Origin: Antedon mediterranea | Lineage: Eukaryota; Animalia; Echinodermata | DNA length: 64,000 nt | Direction: 5' to 3' | Assembly (NCBI RefSeq): GCF_964355755.1 | Contig: NC_092680.1 | Location: 7,316,001-7,380,000 of the forward strand | Shown here: piece after piece, positions 16,194 through 29,435 of the stretch | How positions within the stretch are numbered: position 1 is the stretch's first letter | Layout of the letters: each line of letters begins with the position of its first letter | Program-made: the position numbers and the translations under genes | Notes under the pieces: generated by a model | The model's input: the letters and a program-made list of their open reading frames with translations, nothing else | The model's database searches: none | What the model was told of the DNA's origin: nothing

Positions 16194-16754
16194 CAACATT
16201 AGAGACTTTTTACCCTATCCTTATTCTTGGGATTTATTTTTGTAAATTCCCCTCAAAATAGTTTAGCCTGATGATATTGTCCTTTGAAGAATTTTATATT
16301 GATAATACTTTAGAGTATGCTCATTGATACATACAATAAGACTTTAAGGTTTGGGCTTTACGGTAATATTTACAGTGCAGTATGTTAACTATGAACCAAT
16401 ACCGCTGCCAGTAATTACTAAGACACATCATAGTCGATCTATAGTAATAGAATAAGACAAGTTCTATTATCCCAATGTTGTAATTACAATAATTTATGAT
16501 CCTCTATATAAACCAACCTACACCAAGAAGATAAAAAAAATACATATAAATAAATTAAAATTATATGAATTAATAATAAAGGTTATAATAATGTCTTTGT
16601 TTATTTTACTTCAGTTTAAATATTATAATCATTTCCTGAAAAATATAAAATTGAAGTAAAATAAAATAAAAATATTTATTGAACAGCTTTGGAAATAAAC
16701 ATTTAATAATCATAAAATTACATAACAGTTGATAAAATTGTTTAGTGAGTATAA

Positions 16755-16920
16755 AACTCTGTCTACACTATCAAATTAGTTTGACAAAAAAAAGTGTGAC
16801 GTGCCTAAATACGGTAGGAGTGATATTCCAAAATATGGTAGTGATATCCAATTATCATGTCCATATTTGGGCACATCACATTTTTTTGGTGATATAAAGT
16901 TTGATAGTGTAGACAGAGCT
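16755..16920. mobile_element. Harbinger-like MITE family A
   Basis: TIRs and internal motif as in other copies. Confidence 0.85.
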
Positions 16921-17802
16921 TGATACAATCTTATGGACAACCTTGTGTTATATTATCAATCATTGGAGGTAATTTATAAATTACAAGAGTATACGGAAAT
17001 AAAGAAATGAATAGATGCAATTGATTCATTTTCTTGTCATGATAAATATGTCCCTAGCCTTCCTTGATGCATTGCACAATTAAATACACTGACTATAGTA
17101 CTTTTTAAATAACTATAGAAAATCTAAAGAATCGTTTTTATTACAGATTTTAAAAAGCGTGTTACCATCTTTAATCTTGTATTTCAATTCTTTAAAGCAT
17201 CATGAGCGTCTTCTAGAATTTACATAGCTTGACCTTGAATTTAAATTGCGAAAAGGTAATTTATTTTGTATAGTATTAGTAGGTATTCCTTCATGGGTAT
17301 GCAGCCTATGTGCGTAATATGCAGAGAACATTAAGAAAAAGCATATAGATTATGGTAAATTAACAACTGTAGTGAAAATACGGAATGAGATAGAAACAAA
17401 GGGTTGTGTAAACTATAGCCTCATCAAGACTGTATGTATCAATATAAAATTGTCCGGTGGTTCTGGTAACCCTCCCCCCCCCCTTTTACAGCGAACCCCC
17501 TAAATCTACGGTGAACCCCCTTTATCTACACCAAACCCCCACCCACGACATGCCCTACTACCCCTAAATATAAATAAATTTACTATATTTTATTACGAGG
17601 TACATTTATGGTATACCCTTTTTATATTATTTTACTAGTTAAACACAGACATTTAATGTGTTGCCAGATAAATCAGCTTTTGTGTTGTTATCTATCATTT
17701 CTTGACAAAGGCTATTTTAAGGTAGAAATAATGATGTAAAGGAAATAGCCAATTAGTTGTTTTTTTCTTAAATTCCAAAGGGTGATGTATTAAATCGCTT
17801 AA

Positions 17803-18333
17803 AGGTACAATACAGTACAGTACAGTTAATGAAATATATCTTTCAGTCGAGCCCCTTTCTCACAGATGTGCCTGCAATATACCGGTGGGTCATTTTGAAG
17901 TATCATAATAATTATTAACTTTCACCAAAAATTAGTTGGAAAAAAAATAATTTAACCGAAATACGGACATTTTTTTGTTCAAAACATAACTCATAATGCA
18001 ACGCGCTTGTTTGGCTAGTCTGTATGCATAATCATAAAACTTCCTCGCGATCTGTGTGAAAACACCTTCTTAACCGTGACGAGTTGTAAACAATCCTAAT
18101 TAGCATCATGCATAATGCATACGCGTGGTTTGAAATCTTTGTTTACTTTCGTTCGTGATGATTTTCCAGAAGAAATGTAATCAAATTAATTTACCTGTTA
18201 ATTACGTAAATTTGTTGTTTTTTACTTGAATTTTCGACTTAAAGTGAATAACTTTAATATTACTTTGATATGACCAATTTAAATTTAGAATATTTTTTTT
18301 TTCATTTTTTGTGTTTCAAGGGACAATACATCT
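17803..18333. mobile_element. Kolobok-like MITE (inverted relative of 39926-40384)
   Basis: Ends agggacaatacatct|ttaa; ~400 bp align in reverse to the 39926-40384 copy; left end diverged. Confidence 0.75.
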
Positions 18334-18704
18334 TTAAGCAGTTCTCTTATCTCATTATCCCTCCAGTTCGACATTATTATTGTTAATTGAATTGAATCGG
18401 CGCCAAAGTGATACACTTGACCGGGCCAGGTGTCAAAGCCTCGACGGGGAATTAAATATAACCCCGGAATATAACGGCATTGCGGGGAATATCCCTAGAA
18501 TATTACTAGGTCTAAAGCAGGTCATGTCGATGCCGGCATGATGCCAAGACGACCCGTTCTAACAGAAAACCAGTATACCGACATTCACTGATACAGGGTC
18601 AAGTTATATCCAGCAATTAAATAGTGTCCGACAAAATGATTGAGGGCGCCCTTTATTGTTATTGTATATTCCTGTTTAACTTTTGTTTTGTTTTTGGTTT
18701 ATAG

Positions 18705-18823
18705 GACAGAACTGGTAGTGGTAGTAGTAATGATTCGTCTAATGTTGTCATGGTAACGTCTGCAGCAAAAGACTCTCAGCTTAAGTATGAAAATGACCGG
18801 TTAAAAATAGCGTTGGCACAAAG
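18705..18823 (+). CDS. Homer: Homer coding exon (DRTGSGSS...[16 protein letters not shown])
   Basis: tttatag acceptor, aag|gtaag donor. Confidence 0.9.
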
Positions 18824-21800
18824 GTAAGAGAGAGAGAGAGTACTTAAATATTTCAACAGAGGGGAATTATGTTTTATTCTAAACTAACTAAATTACTAAT
18901 TCAGGGGAAACCACTGTTAAAAATGTTTTGCCCCCCCCCAAAAACATGAAAAATAAAGATAAATAAAATCAGACTTTGAATATTATTTTGTAGGTTTAAT
19001 AAAGTTAATCACTTCTGTAGAAAAAAAAATGGAAATTATTAATGTTTTCATGACAAAAGGTATGGTTAAATTCAACCAAAAACCTATTGGCTGGCAGCCA
19101 ATAAAATAGCATATTCAACAAAACAAGTTTAAGAATGATTTTTTCAGGGGGACAATAAATCTTTAAAAGACACTTTGTTGGATCCTGAAGGTGGTATTCC
19201 TTTGATAGTGGTTCTACTGTGTTTCCAACTATAGTAATGATAACAATAATAATAACAGTAATATTATATTACCATAATAAACAATAGAAAAGATAACAAT
19301 AATAGATACTTGCATCTTATTTTTACCTGTATTTCATTGTTTGCAGTTTCACACTTAAAAAGTAAACCTTGCGGATTTTATAACAATAGTTTTATGAATG
19401 AAGTTTGGTTTAACTGTTGAGCAGATAATACAAATAACAATAATAAAAATATACTGAACTGGCTTTATGCTCAATATAGCATTCCAAATATGGTTATGCA
19501 TGAATGAATGAGATATGAAATGTAGCCAGATATTATACTAATCTAACAGCAGTTATTCATGATAGAGTACTAGTTTAAAATATCAAGTAAAATTTGAGGA
19601 AAGTTTAAAATATTGTTGTTTAATCCATATTTAAGTGAAGAATGTCTATTTAACAATTTTAAATTCTTTCCTTAATCTTTTCTTAATACTGTAGTGATTA
19701 ATTAGTGAAATTATTATTACAATTATGAATTAATTCATATTTTTGTAACAATATTTTACTTTAATAAAACCAAATGATGGTACTTTACTTGAAATTGTAG
19801 CAATAATCAAATGTAGTACTCGCAGTTCTATGTCAAATATAGCCACTAGAAAATACTTAACATTGCCTCTCTAAAAATATTCATTGAAAGTTACATTTAT
19901 AGTGCATTTTCAGCTTACTATTACATTTTTAACAGATAATATCTTGATCGCATATCAACATTTTTTTCTGTTTATCTTCAGTTCTGCAAATGCCAAAAAG
20001 TGGGAGTTAGAACTACAAACGCTAAAGAATAATAACGCAAGGTTGACAACCGCGCTACAGGAAAGTACGGCAAACGTTGAGGAATGGAAGAAACAGCTGT
20101 CAGCTTACAAAGAAGATAATGCTAGATTAAAGAAAAGGGTAAAAATATCAATCTTACATTATTAGGATTTTTTAAACATGAATAATTGCAGGACTTCTGC
20201 TTTTTGACTTTGTTCTCGTTCTTTCTCTCGTGTCTTGCGTAATGTGTTCGTCCAGTAGCAGATTTTGTGTTGGTTGGTATTTTATTGCTATAAAGTCAAC
20301 ATTTTAGAATTTCTTAAGCTCTGTCTACACTATCAAACTAGTTTTACAAAAAATTGTGCCCAAATATGGTAGTGATCTACCTAAATATGACATCATCATT
20401 TCGATATTTGGCACATCACATTTTTTTGTTACATAAAGTTTGATAGTGTAGACAGTGCTTTATAAGCCTTTACTTTGTGTAGATTTTTCCCTTGACTACT
20501 TGTTGAAAATAGGTTAGGTTTTAGGGATTAGGTTGGGTTATTATTTCTCTGTTTTCTGTCATCATTGTAGGCGCTTCTCTCTGTGACTGCCAAGTCATGC
20601 ATCACAAATTGATAACTATTGAGTACATTAAATAATGTGCAGAATTTTATAACATAACAATTCAAACCCACATTTTGTAAACAAAAAAATGATTTCAAAT
20701 GATTTAAATGGGTTTAAATTTGGAGATTGGTGAACAAAAGATTCCAAAAATAATGTTAGCTGTCCCTGATCAGAAATTGACCATTGTACCCATGTGTTTT
20801 CATTCAGTTTTCATGGAAGGGTTTGAAGAAGAAATTTATTAGAAAATAATTAGTTTTATTCAGAGATATGGCCTATTTTTTTAAAAAACATTAAATAATG
20901 ATAATTAACAAACAACTTTCTGGATTAATTAGACATTCTGTACTGTGAAAGTGAAATGCCGATGTTTGTTCAAATGAATCTTGTCTGTGTCGTATTGTCT
21001 AGTGATTGTTTTATGACGTAAAAGAAATCTTAATGTTCATAATCTCTGTTTAATTCGGAAATCTTTTTTTCACTGCTTACGTAGTGTCTAAATACTTATA
21101 TAATATACAGTGCATACTGGGATGTGATACATGCATTCAATTAATGATAGTAAACTATATGGAATACTGGTGTATTATATGTTGCATGCATAATGTAGCT
21201 AGCTATATAGCTACAGATGGTGGTATTATATTATGCATGTGCTTCTTACAGAATTCTGACCTGGAAACAGGTCAAGGTGAAAGTTCATTACTTCAGGATA
21301 AGAATGATCTTCAACAGCAGCTTCAGGCTCTATCTCTTGCACATAAAACCAAAGAAAAGGTAAACGGAGCAGGCTTTAACGATTGTCATACTGTAGATCA
21401 CAGAGATGAAAATAGTACTTTAAGCTCTGTCTACGCTATCAAACTTTATGTGGAAAAAAATGTAATGTGTCCAAATATATAGTAGAGATATACCAAATAG
21501 GGTAGTGATATGACATCATCATGTCCATATATGGGCACATCACATTTTTTTGTCGCATATAGTTTGATTGTGTAGACAGAGTTTAGAGGGAAATGGTGAT
21601 ATTTGAAATGAATGATAAACTATTGTTTACAGTCAACTCTACAAATACATTGAGCTGGTCAATTATGTCTGGTTTTCCAGAGATTTTGATATTCCAAACT
21701 TGTTTTTAATAAAACAAGATTTTGGGGTTTTTTTGGGCCAGTATTAAGAGATTTTACTGTATTTTTTATTATTCTAATTATACTAATCAAAGAAATAACT

Positions 21801-23971
21801 ATTTTTATGAAGTTTTTTTAACCTTTTGAATTGAAAAAAACCCATAACAAAACAAAAGTTTTTCGAAACAGAATGTATTTATCAACCCACTCCTTCCTGT
21901 GTATATTCCTGTTGTGCAAAGCAAACAGATTGTTTGAATAAAATGCTTTAAACATGGATTATTAAATTTTTTTTGGTTAAAAAAAGTATGTTTTATCATT
22001 CAGTTTTAATATATCCTTTACATATTTTCACCATTTCCCTTTGATGGGTATAAATATTTATATTTCATAAGATTTAAAAAAGAAGTATGTATTTACTTTA
22101 CATCATTTTTACATTACTAAATTAGTAAATGCTTGTAATTATTGCATACAAGTGCGAATGTTACACACTCCATGAATTTCACATCATTGTGATAGCATTC
22201 AATCCTATCACAATGATGTATACGGTAATTTACTGCTAGCAGTATACTACTTTTGTACTCACAATTAATAAAGAAACCTTTTGATAACTACATACAATTA
22301 ATACCATAAGTATTATTACCAATCATGTCCATTCCTTGACCTCAATATCTGGTGGCAGTCTACTTCAGGATTCCAACACAGATTCTCCTATCCTCTGTTG
22401 GTAGCTTCTGTTACGGATCACAATTGTCTGTTGGCAGTCTTATTTCTTTGCTGGTCTTCCCCAGAGTCTTCCGACTGACTAACCCTGCTATTCCCAAGGT
22501 CTACTATATTGCCTTGTAAAAGTGCAGGGAGCAGTAGGTTGGTTCGAGACATCGGAGTCGCGACATCCGAGTCGATTTCACAATCGTGCCAAATACTCAA
22601 ATTCAATACTCACAACTCAAACTCTGCAGTCAATTAAAGTATAAACACTTTTTACTGTACAGTATTATGTTAAGTCACCACACAAATGGAACATATAATG
22701 GTGTTTTTAATGATGATTAAAGACCCCTTTTTGGCCATTTTCTTTCATTTAATACATCATATTTTTCATTGGTTGCATGTAATTGTTTGCATGGTATATG
22801 AATTCCTTCTGTGAAACGTGGTGGTATTATAAGTACTCGAAAAATATTGATTTATTTTCACATTTAGCATGCTAACCTTGTAATTTCATCTTGCATGTTT
22901 TCTGCTTGCTTTTCATCTTAATATCTTTCTCCCATTATTAGGAAACGCATGAACTTCACCTACGCTTAGAGGCCGCTGCCCACAATCAAATGGAACAATC
23001 CCAGCTCAGAATCATGCTACAGGTATCATTTTATGCTTCAGTGCTTTAGCCACACCCACAATCATAATAAAGTGTTGAATATGCATGAGCATTTATTTTG
23101 TTTGCTACTGAATTGTACACTGCTTTAAATATTGACAATGAGTCACAATTCATTATTTAGAAGCTTATCATTGTATAATTAGTTTATTATTATTATCCAC
23201 ACTATAGTTATTGTAGTAACTACATTTATTTAATGTTGGCCTAGCTCACCATACATGTCTCAACATGGCATTCTAAGTGCGCACCTGATTCATTTTATTA
23301 TTATTTTCATAAATATCCTGGGGCGCATCTAGACATTTTCGAGTTGGGGTCCCACAAGAAAAGGGCACTGGGTCTGAGTATTTGAGCCACAGGCACCCTC
23401 CCCCATGGTGGGGTGGGGGTAGCTGAGTGGTTAGGTAGAACAATTGAATATCATATCAGAAAGACAGTGTTCAATTCCAGTTAAGAACGATGCCCAGCTG
23501 TCCACACTACTTTAATGAATCCCTGGTTAAAAAAATACTAGTTAGGATAAAAGGTGGCATGAAAAGGATGGTCACCCTACCACATGATGCAAAGGCTTAT
23601 ATATATTAGTGCAAATAAACTCAGATCAAATACAGGACTCGCATTTTTTACTCAACATAACATGGCCGTTTTTTAATCCTTAAACCTTTTTAGAATGTAC
23701 TATTTTTAATTAACACTCATTTCAAAATTTGTTTACCTCTTTCCAAACTAACTAAAATAATTAAACACTATTACTGTATTATTTTCACCAGAATTCTGAC
23801 AGTCAAGTAGGTGATCTAGAGACTCAATTAGCTATGACAACACAACAATTAGAAGATGAAAGAGAAAGGAATCAACAGAAATCTCAAGATTTATCTTCGA
23901 TACACAACCAGTTGGCGGATGTTATAAAGCAAGCATCAACGTTACATCAAGCTCTTGGAGAACAGTTGTAG
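18705..23971 (+). CDS. Homer: Homer scaffold protein, 3' part (coiled-coil); exons 18705-18823, 19982-20138, 21252-21359, 22942-23022, 23792-23971
   Basis: Spliced translation [55 protein letters not shown] is the conserved Homer coiled-coil motif; all GT-AG with compatible phases; EVH1 exons not seen in window. Confidence 0.92.
19982..20138 (+). CDS. Homer: Homer coding exon ([15 protein letters not shown]...ARLKKR)
   Basis: Highly conserved motif; cttcag acceptor, gtaaaa donor. Confidence 0.95.
20317..20459. mobile_element. Harbinger-like MITE family A
   Basis: TIRs with TTA on both sides. Confidence 0.85.
21252..21359 (+). CDS. Homer: Homer coding exon (NSDLETGQG...HKTKEK)
   Basis: 108 bp, phase 0-0, AG/GT, coiled-coil composition. 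Confidence 0.8.
21423..21583. mobile_element. Harbinger-like MITE family A
   Basis: TIRs and internal motif. Confidence 0.85.
22942..23022 (+). CDS. Homer: Homer coding exon ([10 protein letters not shown]...RIMLQ)
   Basis: 81 bp, phase 0-0, polypyrimidine tract+AG, cag|gtat donor. Confidence 0.75.
23415..23640 (+). mobile_element. Degenerate tRNA-derived SINE (related to 48095-48250)
   Basis: A-box-like tagctgagtggtt, B-box-like gttcaattcc, shared body motif aaaatactag. Confidence 0.5.
23792..23971 (+). CDS. Homer: Homer terminal coding exon ([10 protein letters not shown]...LHQALGEQL*)
   Basis: Phase-0 acceptor, heptad-like Leu pattern, TAG at 23969-23971. Confidence 0.85.
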   Translation, partial: NSDSQVGDLETQLAMTTQQLEDERERNQQKSQDLSSIHNQLADVIKQASTLHQALGEQL

Positions 23972-24224
23972 CCAATACTTGCCATCAAACTGTCTTCACT
24001 AGAGCATTTACTAACAAATCTTAGCTACCATTACAATCCCAAACAATACTGTCACACCTCTGCATTTTATGCAACAGAAATTCCATTTTTGAAATCAATC
24101 TATTTTATTATAGAATTTACTGTTGGAATTTTCAGTGGAAACACTTATTGGAAATTACCATACATTGTAATTTAGTAAAACAAAAGACATAACAGTTATA
24201 AGCATTTTGTTGTCATTAGAAGTT

Positions 24225-24510
24225 GTCAGAAGTAACGGCAATCTGAAAGTATAGTCGTCAGAAAGAGCAGCCAGCAGAAAGAAAATTCATCAGAAGGGGT
24301 CATCAAAAGGCACAGCAAATAGATAGAACAACCATCAGAAGGAACAGCCAACAGAAGAACATTCATCGGAAGTAACAGTCATCAAAAGGAACAGCCAATA
24401 GATGGAACAACCATCAGAAGGAACAGCCAATAGATGGGACAGCCAGCAGAAGAATATTCATCAGAAGGAACAGCCATCAAAAGGAACAGACAATAGATGG
24501 AACAGAACTA
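24225..24510. repeat. Degenerate 15-16-bp minisatellite in putative Homer 3' UTR
   Basis: Units ccatcagaaggaacag / ccaatagatggaacaa / ccaacagaagaacat. Confidence 0.75.
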
Positions 24511-25940
24511 CTAAAACTGTAATGGACAACCAGGAATGAATTAGTAACTCAAAAATACGGTTGCTAATGGCAATATCGGCTGCCACTACTACAGACAACA
24601 AGTAATCAACAGAAAAATATGTATATAAATATTGTGAAAGTATTATCAAAAACAGACAGCATTGAATCGGGCAACTCTTGTGGTTCTAGTCAGAGACTGA
24701 TATGCAATCAGCCAGGTTTTATGCCGGAATTTAGTAATACAGGTTTATAGGAACTGATGCCATTTTCCTTAAATAGATTATGGAGCTTTATTTTTTCCTC
24801 CATGAATAGATACACACCTCAAACATCGTTGTGCCTTTGAAATGTAAATGTGCATCAGAGTTTTTGCTATTCCTATGTCTACCATTTGTAGCTTCCAAAC
24901 CCTTATATGGTAATGTTTTGTTTGTCAATTTTAATATATATATATTATGTCATTTGGATTTTCAAATTGAATCAAATTTTCATGGCATACAGAGCTCCAA
25001 ACTATAGAAAAGTAGGCGTGGATAGAAAGTCTTCCTAGAGTTTTTGATAATGCAGATTGCAACCAGGTCATACCATTTTTTGAATAGGTAAAATACCATT
25101 CTCAATTTTATATTAATTTATATTATATAACATGCACAATAATAATTTAGAATAAATAAACTTGTGAATGTCTTGCAAATATGTAAACAATTATAGTTAT
25201 ACATTTTGGGAAAGCAACGAACGTTTTACAATTTTTAAAGTAGTTTTATATCAGCTACTGCTTTTGAAGATTTTTTTCAAGAGCTTTTCCAACTTTCATA
25301 AGTCCTTGATTGACACCGATGTGTTCAAGGTGATGTCGTGAATAATGTTTCCGAACTTCCGACACCATAATAAAATTAAAATAAACTTTTGTCTGACACA
25401 CATATAAACTGCAATTTTATTTGTAAATATTATTTTATTCATACCCCTACCCTATAATTAAATATTAAACTAGCTGAATATTAATTCATTTAATTCATTT
25501 TTGTATTTAGTTTTACACTACTATATAGCCAATATATAATACATTCCAGTTTCATTAGTTTTGTTATAGTACTCATTTTCTATGTGCATGTTATTTACTT
25601 TAAGCAGTAGTTTAAAAAAACAAAACAATTCCTGTGAATTGTCTTTGACACTGACATCTGTAGTATATTACCCCTTCCATATCGCCTAGAAAAATTCTGG
25701 AGTTTAAATGCAACACCGTGCACACCATGCCAAGAGCTGATGTTGACACATGGACTTTTCTTGGCTCAGTGAGTTTTACCACAGTCATGGTTAGACTTGG
25801 ACTGTGAAAAGCAAAAAACATTCCTGTGTATTTGACTCGGTAATTTTCACTGCATAATAGTGTAAATAGTGTGATTTTTTTTTCTAGGAGAAACTGTTTT
25901 ACTGAAGGAAACTAGTGGCTTAACGCATGGGGCAATTAAT

Positions 25941-26235
25941 GGCCCTGGTTTAGCACTCGCAATAGGCCTTCCAACACTGAGTAGTTTCAATGGGGTGGTC
26001 ATGTTCTGTGGCCCTGGTTTAGCACTCGCAATAGGCCTTCCAACACTGAGTTGTTTCAATGGGGTGGTCATGCTCTGTGGCCCTGGTTTAGCACTCGCAA
26101 TAGGCCTTCCAACACTGAGTAGTTTCAATGGGGTGGTCATGTTCTGTGGCCCCTGGTTTAGCACTCGCAATAGGCCTTCCAAACACTGAGTAGTTTCAAT
26201 GGGGTGGTCATGTTCTGTGGCCCCTGGGTTTAGCC
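25941..26235. repeat. 69-bp tandem repeat, ~4 copies
   Basis: ggccctggtttagcactcgcaataggccttccaacactgagtagtttcaatggggtggtcatgttctgt at 25941, 26010, 26079, 26148. Confidence 0.92.
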
Positions 26236-27478
26236 AGCGAGTGCTCATAGCTGTACGCCACTGAGTGTGACTTACCTTAGGGCAAGTCTTTATGTTAGGG
26301 AAAGATACTGGATTGTTTGCACAGGAGTTATTATGGAAAAACATTATATTTGGCAGTCCATTGGGATAACGGCTTCTTGTTAATACTTTTATAGATGTAG
26401 TCACGGCTTATATAGATTATTTATATATATTTTTAGTAAACATACATTGTGCTTTCAGTAAATAATACACTTTGTAAATTATGTAAAACATTTTTTTTTC
26501 CCAACTATTTTTCGTTTTGTTTAAAGCCAGACAGTTGCTGCATAAATTAATTGATTCAAAAACAATATTTTAGCACTTTCAAATTCATTCCTTATTTTTA
26601 CCAAAGTTTGGACATTTCTTTTTAACCAAGACCATTGCATAGGTTCTTTTACCATTGAACCAATTGTTTATATGCTATAATAGAAGTCTGTCTGAAGAAA
26701 TTTGTATTGACTTATGCAGAAAAGCACATATGATTTTGTGGTGATGGGCGCAGGGGTGTAAAGGGAATAAAACCAATATAATAATTTAATATTCTGCCAA
26801 TTGTTAAATAATTTCAGTGAAGCAGTAGATAAAGTTAAAGAATGGGTTTTTTTAATTGAAAGATTTGAAGGATGATATTGAGAAATAATGCAGTTTGAAA
26901 ATTGGAAACATGACAACTGTGTATCATTTTTCATTTATTTTGATATATTATTTTTTGAATTCAAACTAAATATTCGAATTGTTATTCGAAAAAATGAACT
27001 TAAGGGCCTGTTTCTTACTCAAACGTGTTGTTTTATTCGAAAACGGTGTTGGTAGGTAATTTTAAAAATGAAACGGTTTCTCTTTTAGTGATCGAGGTTG
27101 GTTGTGTAATGATAAGTTTTTATTATCCATTTAGAGTAGTCAAAAATATCCATGCCATTCAGCGACCTTCTGAGTTGAGGTCAAATTAAGAGCGATTGCA
27201 TTGCAATCAAAATTGCTCCGTAGTTTTAACCGGTTTTGACGGTTGAGACTGGAATCAATTTGGATTTTTCAAAACCATATTTAAGATTGATTCTTTTTTC
27301 TAGTCTGATTCTTAATGTAAGAAAATACCAACTTTAAAAAATATGGAATTAAATTTATACATTTATTTCATTAAATGCCATAGGACCAACCTAAAAGAAA
27401 ACTTAGTTGGCCCATTAACATGGTTTATGAAACAATAATAAGTACATGAATACGTGCATTTTGTAGGGTTGTAGATAA

Positions 27479-27584
27479 TAAATAAATCATTTTGTTTGAC
27501 AAATCCAAATGAAATTACTCACATTCGAAAGCTAAAGAATGTGAGTAATTTCATTTGGATTTGTCAAACAAAATGATTTATTTA
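27479..27584. repeat. Perfect inverted repeat, 48-bp arms, 10-nt loop
   Basis: 27479-27526 is the exact reverse complement of 27537-27584. Confidence 0.95.
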
Positions 27585-27691
27585 ATAATAAGTACAAGTG
27601 AGGTATGAAGCATTTATTTCATTCATTTATTTATTTCGACAATAATTTATGAGGGTGGTCCTCAATATATGATAAAATATTAATTTTAATT

Positions 27692-27928
27692 AGAATCAGA
27701 CCCGAAATGATTAAATATGTTGTGCTATACATTAACATGGGCCTACAGATATTTATTTTATCTGTAAAACATTGTTAAAATCAGTGGTATATTTCATTAA
27801 CTATATCAAAAAGAATCTGACCCGAAATGATTAAATATGTTGTGCTATACATTAACATGGGCCTACAGATATTTATTTTATCTGTAAAACATTGTTACAA
27901 TCAGTGGTTATATTTCATTAAGTATATT
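27692..27928. repeat. Tandem duplication, 120-bp unit x2
   Basis: gacccgaaatgattaaatatgttgtgctatacattaacatgggcctacag repeated at 120-bp spacing. Confidence 0.92.
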
Positions 27929-28699
27929 AATTTCAATTTATACATTTTTTAAACAAATATTACCAGCAAATGCAGTAGTGGCAACCAATATTTTGAAAAT
28001 TTGAATGTTTTTTTACAATATTATATAAAAGGCAAAAATAGACTCAGGGCATTGTTTTTATGTTTGAGAAGTATGGTAATTAGCAGTTGATTGATATTTA
28101 TCCACCTGACCTTTGACATCTTCATTATGAAATTATGATGCAAGGCATGAACAAATGAGCTGTGCTCTGTTTGTTTCTTTAATTAGAAATTGGAGTAAAT
28201 TAAATATGTGAATAAATTGAGCTTTGAACAAAATGCTTTGATTCCATATACTTTTTTGTGAGTGGCAGTTCAGATACTTATACATTGAATTATTAGCACT
28301 TATGAAGTTTGAGCTGAAAACTACTGAGTGTCGCATAACAAGAGATTGGATTGATTCGTGAGGGAAGTTAGTATAGAGCTGTAGCTTGGTGGTTTAGATA
28401 CTCACCTACCATATTCCAGGGTTCAAATCCTGTCAGATGCCATGATTGCTTTCTCATAGCAGACTTTGTGAGGACAATGGAAATCAAATTTGCCTACAAA
28501 GCTGGGGCTGCATTACTGATCAGTCACACAAAACACCATCATTCATCATCCTAAAGTATGTACAGTAGACAACATCAAACCCCCTACTTTTTATTTACCA
28601 TAATTACTTTGATGCGACCTTTACTTATCAAAGATGCTAATTCTTCATTTTCGCCAAGCAAAACTCCAGTGTACACATACCATACTGTACATTGTAAAT

Positions 28700-29025
28700 A
28701 AATGTAAATGGGGGAATAACCTGTGACTTACAGTCTACTGGGCTGAATTGCACACAGGTGTGGATGACACAACTTTCTACTCCTCTAAGAGTGTAAAGTG
28801 TTGCCACCAAACTGCGCCTGTTCGTCTGTCCACGACATGGGCTGAATGGTCGATTTCTTCCGAAAGATGTACTGGGGTGCACACGAGTCAGATGTGTACA
28901 CTGGACCTTCTGTTTTAAGTCCTTATCCGAGAAGACTTGTTTTACCATCAGAACAGTGATCGAGGAGTGCCTTGAACCTGTTCCAATTGTATAGCTATGG
29001 TTTGCGGCACCCCTGCTCGGCTAAG
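28700..29025 (-). mobile_element. tRNA-derived SINE with Deu/Nin-like domain
   Basis: Reverse copy of the family at 32989 and 59100 (gtgtacactggacct...gtccttatccgagaagacttg). Confidence 0.75.
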
Positions 29026-29119
29026 AAAGTGTATTAGGCTCCTAATATTTTCATTATAGTCAAATAACTAATACGAACAACAATTAAAAAAATCCACAGA
29101 TGCAAACCAATTTGCTGAA

Positions 29120-29125
29120 TTTATT
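29120..29125 (-). terminator. Candidate USP3 polyadenylation signal
   Basis: AATAAA on minus strand followed ~20 nt later by CA and a GU/U-rich tract; implies ~2.5-kb 3' UTR. Confidence 0.45.
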
Positions 29126-29328
29126 TCTTCATACTACACACAATTACAATGGAAGTCTTTACAAAACGTAGATGTTGGTCATATTTAACTAGCGAGTTAA
29201 AGAATACAGTCATGTTGTATGGAGTAGCCACAATACATATCAAAGTGAAAATCTGCTTTCACATTTACCCTCCCAAACAAACTCCTTTCACTACCAGGTG
29301 TATTAATTTGATTTCAAATGCCTACTAA

Positions 29329-29435
29329 AGCCTGTTTTTCCACTAATATTCAATTTCCCTCTTTTTGTGATGCAAAAAGAAGTACATCAGTTAAAAGATT
29401 TTGAAATATCTGTTTCAACCTGTGGAAAACAGGCT
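29329..29435. mobile_element. Short Harbinger-like MITE (family B)
   Basis: TIR agcctgtttt(t)ccac...gtggaaaacaggct with TAA flanks; related end at 31255-31272. Confidence 0.6.

Noticed and set aside
25847-26404. 185-aa minus-strand ORF with 23-aa repeats
   Set aside because: Product of the 69-bp tandem repeat; single-base insertions shift frame between units; no recognisable domain
28375-28440. tRNA-like sequence (ggttcaaatcc)
   Set aside because: No convincing cloverleaf; more likely a degenerate SINE head
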